A stretch of DNA of 64,000 nt from Hydrolagus colliei (Eukaryota). The notes below the pieces were generated by a model. It saw nothing but the letters and a program-made list of their open reading frames with translations, made no database searches and was not told where the DNA came from. Where the stretch lies: the NCBI GenBank assembly GCA_035084275.1, contig CM068767.1:5766001-5830000 (forward strand), read 5' to 3'. Positions within the stretch are counted from its first letter, which is position 1; each line of letters opens with the position of its first letter. Position numbers and translations under genes: made by a program. Positions 23,507-35,700 of this stretch are shown here, piece after piece.

Positions 23507-25706
23507 ACGGTGGGGCTTGGGCCCTCAGCCGGTCGTTCGTGGGTTCGTTCATTCTTGCGTCCGTCCGTTGTCGAAGTATATATTCGGAACTCTGTACAGT
23601 TTGCTATTTTTTGGATGGCTTATTCAGAAGAAAAAAATAATATATCAATACAGTATTTTGTTTCTCTCTCCTCCGAAAACAAGAGCAAGGCTTGTATCAT
23701 ATTTCAGCGAGTTTTTTTTTGGCATTAAAAATGAATGACGCCTACAAAAAGTTTGGCGCCATAGGATTGAAAGCAGGGTCCAAACAAACAAAACACACGA
23801 GCAGCGTATCTATAAAAACAATATATTATTAATAGTGCTCAGTACAACGCACTCGTTGCCACGCCTTGCACACCTCATCGGGGAACATGGCAAAGTGCTT
23901 CAACGGGATGCACTGTAAAGTGGAATGACTGTACCTATGTATGTTTGGGGAGCGTCAGTCGGTCAGAAATTATTTAGAGTTTAACTTAATCTCGCCCAAA
24001 CGCATTTGTTGGTGTCTCCTAGCGCGGAGGCTACCGGTAGATTTTGATATTCGAAACCCAAACTCCGCTGAAACGGATCTTGGCTTTGCAAAGTCCCAGA
24101 TAAAAAAAAAGAGAGACGGTGACTTCATTCGGAGTTGACGCGACCGGAATCGTTTTAATTGGCAGTAAATGACAAAGGGGGTTGATTTCAGCTTTGCCTG
24201 CTCTCGTCGGTCTTTTCTTTGTGGGTTTGTGTGTGTCTGTGTGTGTGTGTGTGTGTCTATAGCTCTCTTTCAGCTTTCAATTGAATTGGTTGCATTAGCA
24301 AGCAAAGCGAGTGACCGGCAAAGAGAGGCTTTGGGTTCTTGAAGGAAATGTACGCATCAGGAATTATGGTGAGTTCAATTTTTTTAATATATACATGTAT
24401 GTGTGTGCGTGTCTCCTTGGATTTGGTTTATAAAATATGGAGCATCAGACAAGATGAAATCTTCCTTGATGACTGACTGATTGACTGTCTCTCTCTCTCT
24501 GTCTCACACACACACACACACAAAAGAATTTGGCTCGTAAGAGAAAGGGATGGATAGGATGAAGGGGAAGCCACCACTGGTGTTTCTCTGGAGCTATAGC
24601 AACAGGGGAAACATGCCGAGCTGAAATTGACCAGAATCAACTGATTGTATTCAGGTGGCGGCCAGGAAGAAGTTGGCAAGAGTCGTTCAGGTGAGTGTTG
24701 TATGTGATTGTGAGTGTGTTGTGGGACAGTGTGTTGTGTGAGTGTGTGACTGTGTGAGTGTGTGACTGTGTGTGTGTGTGTGTGTGTGTGAATAGAGCAT
24801 TCAAGCTACAACAGCTTCCCATTATGGGATTCGGATCAGAACTTGGATTTAGGACAAATAAAAAAAAAGTTAACCAGAACAACAAGATCATTGTTTTGCC
24901 ACCCACCACCACCCCCACGTCCCCCACCACCCCCTTCCCAACACACCCGTCTCTCTCTCGTTTAGACAAAGAGTGGGAGGGAAGAGAGTGGGAGGGAGGG
25001 AAGAGAGGGGGGAAAAAGAGGGAAAGAGGGACAGTAGTTAGAGAGAGGAAGAGGGTGAAAGAGAGCGAGAGAAAGGTGGGAGGGACAGAAGGAGGAAGGA
25101 AGTTCTTTCACAACAAGTTCAAACATTTATAGGCAGCTCTTTCTAGCTGCTGCTTTCTCTTATTATGTATGTGTGTGTGAGAGTGTGTGTGTGTGTGGAG
25201 GTGGCATCTTTACTATGAATAGTAAAGCATGAGCTTGAATTTGAAATTCTACCCCCACCCCCCACCACCACTTCCCTCGATCAAAAGGATACTCTTAATT
25301 AAACAGGACACAATTTGGTGAGAGTCTCAGGGAAGCAGCGGTGTGGAGGTGATCTGAGAATTGTGAGTTTCTGTTCAGTTTCTAAAATGTTTATTTTTAA
25401 TGTTTTTTAAGGGAGCGCAATAATAATAATAATAATCCTTGCATTTGATATAGCGCTTTTCACGTCTTTTAGACGTCTCAAAGGGACAGACTGAAATAAA
25501 CTGAATCGACTGTACATTTTGTGGGCGAAAATATGTGGTGTGTCAGTGTGGGTGGGTGTCAAGCGCACACTGATACTCACACAATATTAATCCTTGCATT
25601 TGGCCTAGCGCCTTATCTGGTTGGAAGGACGTCTCAAAGCGCCTCGCAGGATTTACTGTGAATAGGATTGACAGTGTATTTGCGGGCTTGCGTGCATTCA
25701 CATAAT

Positions 25707-25743
<37 letters not shown>

Positions 25744-26112
25744 ACACGTCCGCAAACATATGCTCACATACATTCGTATATGTAGATGTAGCTTTATACG
25801 CATGCTCAAATGCATGTGCAGGTTTGACACAAACACGCGCGCACACACACGCACACGCACACACACAAACACCTGTACTAGTAACAGGTGTTGTTCACCC
25901 AGCACAATTGCGCTCCCTGCCTCCCGGGGGATTTCATGAATATTTCATGTTTCATGAATAGATTGTGTTTAATTCATTGCTCGGCCAGTCTCCTCTATCC
26001 AGCTGTGCGGGTGAGCATTACTGAGCACGGGGCCGAGTTACCTGGCAGCGTTCGGCGTCTTTGCTGTCGCCTCCACCCGCTGTCTAGTCTCTTGTTTTTC
26101 GCGTCGTCTCGT

Positions 26113-26575
26113 GAGTCCCGTAGCTCAGTGATTGGAGCACTCGCCTCGCAAGCCCATTGAACCTGGGTTCAATTCCAGGCCAGGGCGAATCCTTGGGCAA
26201 GTCTCCTTACTCCGCAGACGCGCCTAATAATAATCCCTCCAAAAAAGCACACAATAATAAAATTGGTCATTTCAATCCACGACTGTTTGTGGGGGACGCT
26301 GCTGTGCGCAATTGGCTGCCGCGTTTCGCCCACAAATATATACACTCAATTCACTTCACAGTATATTCTGTGAATCGGTTTGAGACGTTGATAAGATGTG
26401 AAAAGTGCAAGGATCAAATACAAGGATTCTTATTATAATAATCCTTCCAAATCCCCCCCAAATTGGTCACTTCAATCCATGACTGTCTGTGGGGACACTG
26501 CTGTGAGTTCCACCCACCAGAATATACGGTGAATTCACTTTACAGTGTACTGCGTGAAGCACTTTGAAGACGTTT
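26113..26575 (+). mobile_element. Full SINE (26113-26440) followed in tandem by a second partial copy
   Basis: The first (att)n tail runs into the internal linker of a second core and tail. Confidence 0.88.
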
Positions 26576-26579
26576 GCAA

Positions 26580-26690
26580 TCAAAACAGAAGTCGCTGGGA
26601 AGGCATTGCAGGTCAGGCAGCATCTATGGAGAGACAGAGAGAGAGGAAAATGAGTTGACATTTCAGGTTGACTCGGGACCTTTTCGACCT
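26580..26690 (-). mobile_element. Second, more degenerate copy of the same hammerhead-associated repeat
   Basis: aaaacagaagtcgctgggaa..gcaggtcaggcagcatctatggagag..gagttgacatttcaggttg; clearly homologous to 63186-63290. Confidence 0.65.
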
Positions 26691-27082
26691 TTTCCCATTA
26701 GGCCCATCGATGGATCTGGTTCCCGGGGCTTGGGTGGGTCTTCAACCCAAAGTTCAACCCTATGTCTGTAGCAGTGACTGCCCCGCGCTCTTGGGAAAGG
26801 CGCTCTACAAGTGTCATTTTGGTGTTGTCGTACGTGCCTTTGTGAGGGGACTCAAACCGCTTTGCCTTGACAATTTGGACCGCTGACGGTGTGCGTCTCT
26901 TCCTGCTATACAAAGGTAGTGTCGTGGTTGTTGTTGTTGTCCCATCATCGGGCGAAGAAAGGCATAGTTTTTATTGATGGAGATCTAATCTGCTCGTTTG
27001 CCTACCATTTCCATGTACGGCATCGCCTCCTTCGCCTTGTGGGTAGATTTGCATTGGCCTGGAGCCAGCGCCGGCGGCTAGG

Positions 27083-28500
27083 ATGTGGAAGGAAGCCGGA
27101 CTAGCCGTGCGGGCGGGCCAGGCGTCTGTGTCCGGAGGATCTCCGGGTCTCCCCGGATCCGCAGCTGCCGTTGTCCAGCCGGGAACCGGGGCGAACAAGG
27201 ACCGGAGGATGGCTTCGGAGACGTCGCCGCCGCCGGTGAATGTAGGGGTGGCAGCCGTCTTCCTCTCCGACGAGCCTCTCTCCTCCGCGCTGGCGGTGGA
27301 AGCCCTGGTGAGGGGCGGCCGGTACCAGGAAGCCATCGGACGCTGTGACGCCCTGTTGAACGCCCGCCCCGGACACTCGCTCCACCTCCTGCTGACCCGG
27401 GCCTTGGCCTGGGTGCTGTCCGGTGGCCACGGCGCACACGGGGTGGTGGACTACCTCCAGGCCTTTGCCGACCGGCAGCAGGAAACGCTGGACTTCATCG
27501 CCACCAGGCAGAGGGACTATTTGCCTCGCATCGTGGAGGCGTGTCGCGACTACCTCGCCCACCGCCACCGGGACCGGGAGGAGCCTCCCTCCGGTCACGC
27601 GCTGAGCGACTGCCAGCGCTTCCTGCGGGAAATAGCCCCCGGGGCCCGGCCCCCGCCCGAGCCCGGCAAGGCCGAGGCCCCAAGCGCCGAGGTCCTGGTG
27701 GAGCGAGCGGCGTTGCGTTACACGGCCGGCGCCGGGGAGGACGACACCATCCTGGACCTGGCCTCGGCCTTCAACGTCTCGCCAGCGCCGGCCGAGCGGA
27801 GGTTTCGGGAGCTCTTCCCTCCCAGGGACGCCGCCGCCATCTTGGATCAGGCCAAGCGCTCGGCGGAGTCGCGTTTCGCCGAGTACCGGGAGGCGGTGAG
27901 GTGCCGGGCGCAGCTACGCGGCGAGGGAGGGGCCGAGCTCCTGGCCCGGGTCTCCCTGGTGCTGGGGCTCGTCCTCCGGCTGCAGCCGGGCGAGAACCGG
28001 GACCTGCGGGTCCGGCTGGCCGACTGCGGCCTCCTGCGCGGCGACTCCGCCGGCTCCCTCGCCGCCTGCCACCGGCTGCTGGGCTCCGACCCGCAAACCT
28101 ACCACAACACCATCCTGGCCATCCGCGGATTCTGCCACCTGCGGGCGCTCCGGACCCCCGAGGCCCTGGAGGACTTCCAGGCGGTGCTGGAGCACGGCTC
28201 CCCGCACCCCGGCAGCTGCGTGAAGGCTCTGTGCGGCCGGGCCGTGGCGAGAATGACGGCCGGCGGCACCTATCTCACCGCGCTGGACTACATCACCGCC
28301 TGCCGGCTCCGGCCGGACGAGACGGCCCTGGTGACCAAGTCCTACGTGCCCTGGAATCTCCGAGGTTTGCTCTACAAGGTGCTCCAGGAGGAAGGGCAGA
28401 AGATCCTTCGAGGGAAAGCCACACAGCCACTGGCCAGCCCCCCGCACAGAGGGAAAAAGCGAGCTCAGCAAGGTTCCCAAGGCTCCTTCTTCAAAGAGGG
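27083..28500 (+). CDS. TTC34: TTC34 coding exon 1 (large, GC/CpG-rich; true start uncertain)
   Basis: Long ORF with TPR-like helices ([21 protein letters not shown]). Donor GG|gtaagc at 28501, phase 2. Confidence 0.85.
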
Positions 28501-31500
28501 GTAAGCTCTATACAGTGAAATAACAACAAATTGTATTGACACAGTAGATTTGCACATCCCAAGACAGTTAGGGATTAAGACCCAAATTGGGGATTGGGAT
28601 CAGGTGAGTAAGGGTAGGGAGGGTGCCCAAAGGTGCAGGGAAAAAGGAGGGTCTTGAGGCTGGCCATGAAGGAGGGAAGGGAGGGAGGCGAAGGGACTGT
28701 GGGATGGGGTTCCAGAGGATGGCGGAGGAGAGGCTGAAAGCCTAACCCCACATATGGTGGACATGGCGCAGGCCACATCAACCTAACACTGTAATAATAT
28801 ATTAAAATCCTTGCGTTCGACAGGGCGCATTACCACATCTTCGAGACGTCTCAAAGCGCTTTACGGGATATACTGTAAAAAGTCAATTGACTGTACAATA
28901 TGTGGGCCAAATGGGCTTCAACGGTCTGGTCTGTAACATTAGTTCAGGATTAAGACCCAAACTGGGAATCGTGGATAAGATGGGAAAAGGGTAGGAGGGT
29001 GCCCATAAGGCAAGGGGCGAAAAGGAAGGGTTTGAAATTGGCACGGCTTGATGGTTCTTTGGGAGTGGGGGGTGGGGAGGGAACGGGCATTAAAACCCAG
29101 GACTAAAACCAGTGGTGGGGGTCTTTGCTTCCTCCAGGGACGCGTTGGGGGTTCACTACTTGGCTTCGCTGCTGCTGGAGTTGGATCCCTCGGACGACGA
29201 GTCTCGCATCTTGTCGGCGGACGCTCTGTACCAACTGGACCGCGTGGAGGAAGCTCACCAGGTCCTGCTGGTCTCTCTGAACGGCCCCGCGCACCGGCCT
29301 CCGGTTCTGGCCCGCCTTGCCCTGCTTCAGCTCAAGAAAGGTTTCCTCTACGATGCTAACCAGGTAGTTGTGTACTCTGCCCCCACCCTCAGCCCCCACC
29401 CCCCACCCCCGAACAGGCCCTGTGTGTCCCAACGCAAAGAGAGTGAAGTCCGACCTAGAAGGAGAAGGAGATGGTTCGAGTCTGTGGAGCTCCTGTAGCT
29501 CAATGGTTAGAGCACTCGCCTTACTCGCCTGTGTTCAAATCCAGGCAGGTCAGGGCGAAATCTTGGGCAAGTTTCCTTACTCCACACACATACACACGCG
29601 GCTAATAATAATTCATCCATCCGCAATAATAAAATTGGTCATTACATTCCACGACTGTTTGTGGGGGGGACGCTGTTGTGCGCAAATTGGCTGCCGCGTT
29701 TCGCCCACAAAATACACAGTCAATTCACTTTACAGTGTATTCTGTGAAGCGCTTTGAGACGTCGATAAGATTGAAAAGCTCTGTATCAAATGCAAGGATT
29801 ATTATTATTCGTGATTATTAATGTAACCAGACAAGATGGGGGCGGGTGGGGGAATTCTCCCGGCAGGTGAGACCTGTTGTACCGCGTTTTACCACAAGGC
29901 AGCGCTGTGACCACAGATTTCCCAAATCCGTACCTGTACCACCTGCACTCAGGTGTGTAACCACAAGGGGTCGCTCTAACCACGTAGCCGCCCAAGCTAG
30001 TGCGGCTCTCTATGTCTGCCACAGGAGGGCGATAAAACCCTAAACCAGGCAGCCACACACCAGGATTGTCTGGATACTGTAGACGCTGGATAATAATAAG
30101 AATAATTCTGGCCTTATCATGTCCTCTAGACGTCTCGAAGAGCTTCACAGAGTATGCCGTCATGCGAATTGACTGTATATTCGCGGGCGAAGCGCACGAA
30201 ACGGGCACAGCGGTGTCTCACAAACGGTCGTGGATTGAAACGACCGATTTATTGTTGGGCTATTTTTCTGTGGAGGGATTATTGTGGAATTCTTTACCCC
30301 CAAAGGGCTGTTGATGCTCAGTCCTTTGAACATATTCAAGACCGAGATAGGTAGATTTCTCTTTGGGACGTCCTCCAGACGTGAAAGGCGCTATATAAGT
30401 GCAATATTGTCGTTGTTGTTCTCATTCATACAGGGATCGACGGGTATGGGGAATAAGGCAGGTAGCTGGTGTTAGAATGGAATACCAGCCACGATTCAAT
30501 GGCGTGGGCAGGCTCGATGGGCCGAATGGCCTACTCCTTCTCTATGTTCTTAGGTGTGTGGAGTAAGGAAACTCACCCAGGGTTTCACCCCCGGTCGGGA
30601 ATCGAACCCGGGTCTCCCTCGCTTTTCGAGGCGAGCGCTCGAAACCACTTCGACTACTGGAGTCCAGGATTGGAGCGAAGTGAAGAGGGCAAAACGATTG
30701 GCTTTTTTCCTTTCAGCTGATCAAGAAAGTGATTCAGATCGGAGACACCGCCTGTCTCCTGCCCATCATGGACATCTTCAGATCGGAGGACCGTGGGCTG
30801 ATGGAGAGACATTGTCACTCCAACGCAACTTCAATCCTCCAGAACAAGGAAGGGGACACTTACATCAAAGAGGCTGTGGCCTATCTCTCCCTTGCCATCA
30901 TCTCTTCGGGTGAGGATCCGTCACTCAACCATAGTCTGTCTCCTCAAATAATAATAGAATAATAATAATAATATTAATAATAATCCTTGCATTTGACGTG
31001 GCGCTTTTCACATCTTATCGACATCTCAAAAGCGCTTCACAGAACATACTGTAAAGTGAATCGACTGGATATTTGTGGGCGAAACGTGGCAGCCAATTGC
31101 GCACAGCAGCGTTCCCCCACAAACAGTCGTGGATTGAAAATTGCCGATTTTATTAGGCATCTGTGTGTGAGCGCGCATGTGTGTGGAGTAAGGAAACTTG
31201 CCCAAGGTTTCGCCCAATCTGCCTTGGGATCTGCCTGGATTCGAACACAGGTCTCATGCTTGTAAGGCGAGTGCTTTACTAACCCCTGAGCTACAGAAGC
31301 TCCACAATCCTTGTTTATCGCGTCGTCGAGGCACAGGATTTTCCTGTGAAGTGGATTTGCTGCCCAATTGTCCCTTCAACAGCCAGGAAATTAATTTGAC
31401 GGATTTTAATTCTTGAGGGTGGGTGGGTGGGTGGGTGGGTGGGTGGGGGGGGTATTGTTGGTCAACACACAGGGAGAAACTCACTTCTGTTTTCGAAACG

Positions 31501-32737
31501 GTGCCTTGGAACCGCTGTCTGCTCTGCTGCTCTCTTATTCTTACTCAATGGGGTTTCACGACAGATCTCAACCAACCTGAAGGCTCCTCACAAGCGCCTC
31601 AGTTCTTCAATCTTTGCCACCCACCCCCAATTCAAATTCATTTTGCCCCTCGCTCTCGCTCTTTCAACTTAGAGTAGATCCCTCAATTTCTCCTACCTCG
31701 TTCCTAGTCTCTCTCTCTCTCACACGCTGACTCTCTCTCAAAAGGGACTCTCTCCCTTTGCCTTGCCCCTTCCTTCCCTTCTCTCAAATCCTGGCTGTGT
31801 CCGCCAGGATTTGATCAGTCGCCATTACTCCCTGTCGTGCGTTGAAGAGCTTTGAGACGTTTGTCTGATGTGGTGGCTGCTGTACACATTGTGTTTCAAG
31901 GCGGATGAGAGAAGGTCGGGAGAGGGAGAGAGAGAGAGGATAAACACGTATATTCTTCTGAAAGAAGAAGAGTTACATACGATCGCTTAATGCTCTATTT
32001 ATCCCAACTTTGGAGAAATAAATCTCCAGGTCGGGCGTGACTGGAGCTCAGTCCATCTGTCAACTGAATGTGGCGATGGGATTGAGACCATTAATCAAGT
32101 CAAATGGGAGCCTGGTGAAGTGAAGAGGACATTAGGGAAAACGGTTCTGTTATCTGCAAGCTCGGGTGATTTTGGACTTGACTGATTTCATTGGGGCTGA
32201 AATGGGACATTTGGCTATATCTCTCTCTCTCTCTCTCTTTCTCTGTGTCTCTCTGAGATGAATCTTTCGGATAACAGGTTAAATTAACCCCTGCTGTGCC
32301 GTGCAGACAACGCCACTCTCCCAAATCCGCCAGAAGATTGTCTTCATCGAAGCTTCGTCCTGTTGATAGCGGTCTCGCGTGTAGATCAGGAGGTGGTGGG
32401 GTCCATGCCTCCCCTCTAGGCTGATTCTCCAGGACCGTTCTAGGACTTACAACGGCAACGACAACAATACAATTGCACCAATAGAGCGCCTTTCATGTCA
32501 GGAGGACGTCCCAAAGCACCGACAGAGGAATTAGGAGTAGGCTATTCCATCCCATCAAGCCTATTCCGCCATTCCATGAGATCTTTAATCGTGATAAGGG
32601 AAGCAATTTCGCCCATAAAATCAACCCACTTTACAGTATATTCTGTGAAGCGCTTTGAGATGTTTGAATCGTGCACAGAAAGGCACGAATCATTATTATA
32701 AAATTCTTGCCAACTTTCTCCGACACTGAATCGCTCT

Positions 32738-32788
<51 letters not shown>

Positions 32789-35700
32789 CCTTAGGAGGCT
32801 CTGCCTTGGATGCTCTCCTGACGAGAGCGCGATGTTATGCGCATCTCAACCAGAAGAAAACGGCCATCTTCGACTTCAGTTCCATTCTGAGGACCTGCCC
32901 AAGCCACGTACAGGCACTCTGTGGTCGTGCGTTCACCTACGCCGTCCTTTGCAAACAGGAGGTACAGTCACCCACCCACCCACCCACCCACCCACCCACC
33001 CACCCACTCCCTCACCCACCCACCCACCCACCCACTCACAATAACAATAATAATAATCCTTGCATTTGATACATCGCTTTTCACATCTTATCGACGTCTC
33101 AAAGCGCTTCACAGAATATACCGTCAAGTGAATTGACTGTATATTTTGTGGGCCAAACGCGGCAGCCGATTGCGCCAATTGCGTCCCACCCCCCACAAAC
33201 AGCCGTGGATTGAAATGACAAATTTTATTATTGGCACATTATTATAAGTGAAACTCCTCTCTCCCAGAGGCTCTCCCTCACTCCTCCAGCAATCTTCTGA
33301 ATAAGTTCCACCCAGCCCTCCCCCGTCAACTCTCTGGATACACTCACACACTCTCTCTGCCTCTCGTTGCCTCTGTATTACGTTTATGTAAGATCAAATT
33401 AAAAGCACTAAAAGCCTACCTCGTTTCCACTCCAGGGCTGCTGCTATTTACCAGGCAAGGCACTGAAATTTGAAACAAACAAGGTTACTGACGAGGCTTA
33501 ACAATTAACAGCCCTTTTGTGTAGGGTTTGCATGGTTTGAGCACTTGACTTCGGGGACTGAGTGTAAATGCTTCCAGAACCCCTTCATTGAGCCAATTAA
33601 CAAAAGCAATTTGAATTCGTTTGAATGGAAAATGTTGCTTCCCCCAGTTCCCCCACTTTTACACCCCACCCTCCCCCAACTCCCCACCCCCACCTTCCCT
33701 CAGCAACCACAAACCTAATTAAGAAATCTACCTGAAAGCTCAGCCTTGTTTGTTACTAAACAATTTTGCTTTCAAAGCGTCGGTACACATAAGAGCTTAT
33801 TAACAACAGCCCAAAGCCACACAACATCTGAGTGTGTGCGAGAGAGAAATAATGAGACAGTGCATTGCTTGTTTGAGTGGACAGAGAGCAGTGTAATTAC
33901 GTGGTAATAGTTGCTCATTCGATCCTTCCTCCTCTTGTTTTTTCCCCCCTTCCCTTTCACTCTCCTCTCTTCTCTCCCACCACCCTCCCCACCCCTGTTT
34001 CTTCCTCAATCCCTCCCTCCCTCCTTCCCTTTTAGAATCTTTCCGTGTTACGTTTCAGAAATCCTTGTTTTCTGTCTCTTTCCCTCCTTAACAGCTCTCC
34101 CTCACTCTCTCTCCCTCATCAACTTGAAGTGTTTCAGGAGTCTGGAGGCCCAACGCTGTGTGTGTGTGAAATCCGCCTAAAGTTTATCTTAATTGGTTTT
34201 AATCCCTCGTGCCGTTTGAACATTGTTTTTCATTATGAATGATTAATGCTCGTGTTTCTCCCCAGAATTGAATAATTCACGCTAAGCGGGGGTTTTCGCA
34301 AGATTGCCTGTTCATTAAAAGCCATTCGAGTTCTTTGCAAGCCAGGAAAATGCTCCCCAAAGCGCTTCACTTGATGTGTGGTGACTTGTGTTTTGTAGGT
34401 GAATGCGGGGGAGGGTGGGCCCGATTCGACAAGAGTCCCAACACTTATGCGGCTATTCGTACATAGGAAATGCTCGAAGAAATAAACACCCAATGTCCAT
34501 CTATAATAATACATCAATAATAATAATCCTTGCAGTTGATATAGCGCTTTTCACGTCTTATCGACGTATCAAAGAGCCTCGCGGAATATACTGTAAAGTG
34601 AATTGACTGCATAGTTTGTGACAGCCACTTGCGCACTGCGGCGTTCCCCCACAAACAGTCGCGGATTGAAAATGACCAATATTTATTATTGTGGGTTTTT
34701 TTGGGGGGGGAATGGATTATTATGAGGCGTGCGTGCGTGTGTGCGTGTGGAGTAAGGAAACTCCCGAGGGAACCTGTTCCACAGGTTTACTGTTTGCTCA
34801 CTTGCAATAGGGGTGGGGGGGGTTTCTCCGCAGAATATTGGTTGTGAATTTTCCTTGCGTTTGGCCCGCAGGAAGCCGTTCAGGACATGGTCCTGGCTCT
34901 GAAGGCAAATGAGACACTGGCTCTCGTTGAGGTGCAGTGTCTGAGACCCGAGGCCCAGGCCCTGATCACAGGCTGGCTGCACGACCATTGCACTAGGAGC
35001 CTGACCAGGTCCCAAGAGGCTAACAGCGTGAGCCCAGAGGAGCTTCTCAGTCTTCAGGTGATCACTCGATCTCTACTCGCCATCGATGGGAATAACTCAG
35101 CCTGGCACCTCTTGGCCGTCGATGTGTTGATTGCTAAAGGTGCGTTTGTGAACCATGAATGCATCATCGCTTTTAACGTAAGCGTGGAGTCCCTGTAGCT
35201 CAGTGGGTTAGAGACACTCGCCTTGCAAGCGTGAGACCTGAGTTCGAATCCAAGCAGGTCAGGTCAGGGCGAAACCTTGGGCAAATTTCCTTACTCCTCA
35301 TACACATACAAACGCCTAATAATAATCCCTCCGTTAAAAAACACATAATAATAAAATTAATCATTTAAATCCACGACTGTTTGTGGGGGACGCTGCTGTG
35401 CGCAATTGGCTGCCGCGTTTCTCCCACAAACTATACAGTCAATTCACTTCACAGTATACTCTGCAAAGCGCTTTGAGACACAGTCTAAGAAGACGTGAAA
35501 AGCCGCTGTATTCCAAATGTAATGATTATTATTATTATTACGCTGCTTTCGTCGAGCAGTTCTGACCTTCCTATATGCTTGCGATCCTGACCCGGCTCTG
35601 GATTCTCTACAGGAATGTACGAAGACGCTTTGAGAGACTTACAAGAGGCTTTCGGTGCGTCGCTGGGTAACGTGTGCGCCAAGGCCAGGTATGGCATCAT

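Noticed and set aside
23620-23645. A-rich stretch after the B7-like ORF as a retrogene poly(A) remnant
   Set aside because: Too short, with no flanking TSD; retroposition is inferred only from intron absence.
25990-26110. YLAAF peptide resembling the recalled N-terminus of long TTC34 isoforms
   Set aside because: An in-frame stop lies just upstream and no compatible splice sites were found; probably chance.
27078-28518. Overlapping long ORFs (27541-28518 +, 27101-27598 -, 27914-28480 -)
   Set aside because: Shadow frames of the GC-rich TTC34 exon, low-complexity Pro/Gly/Arg with no domain signal.
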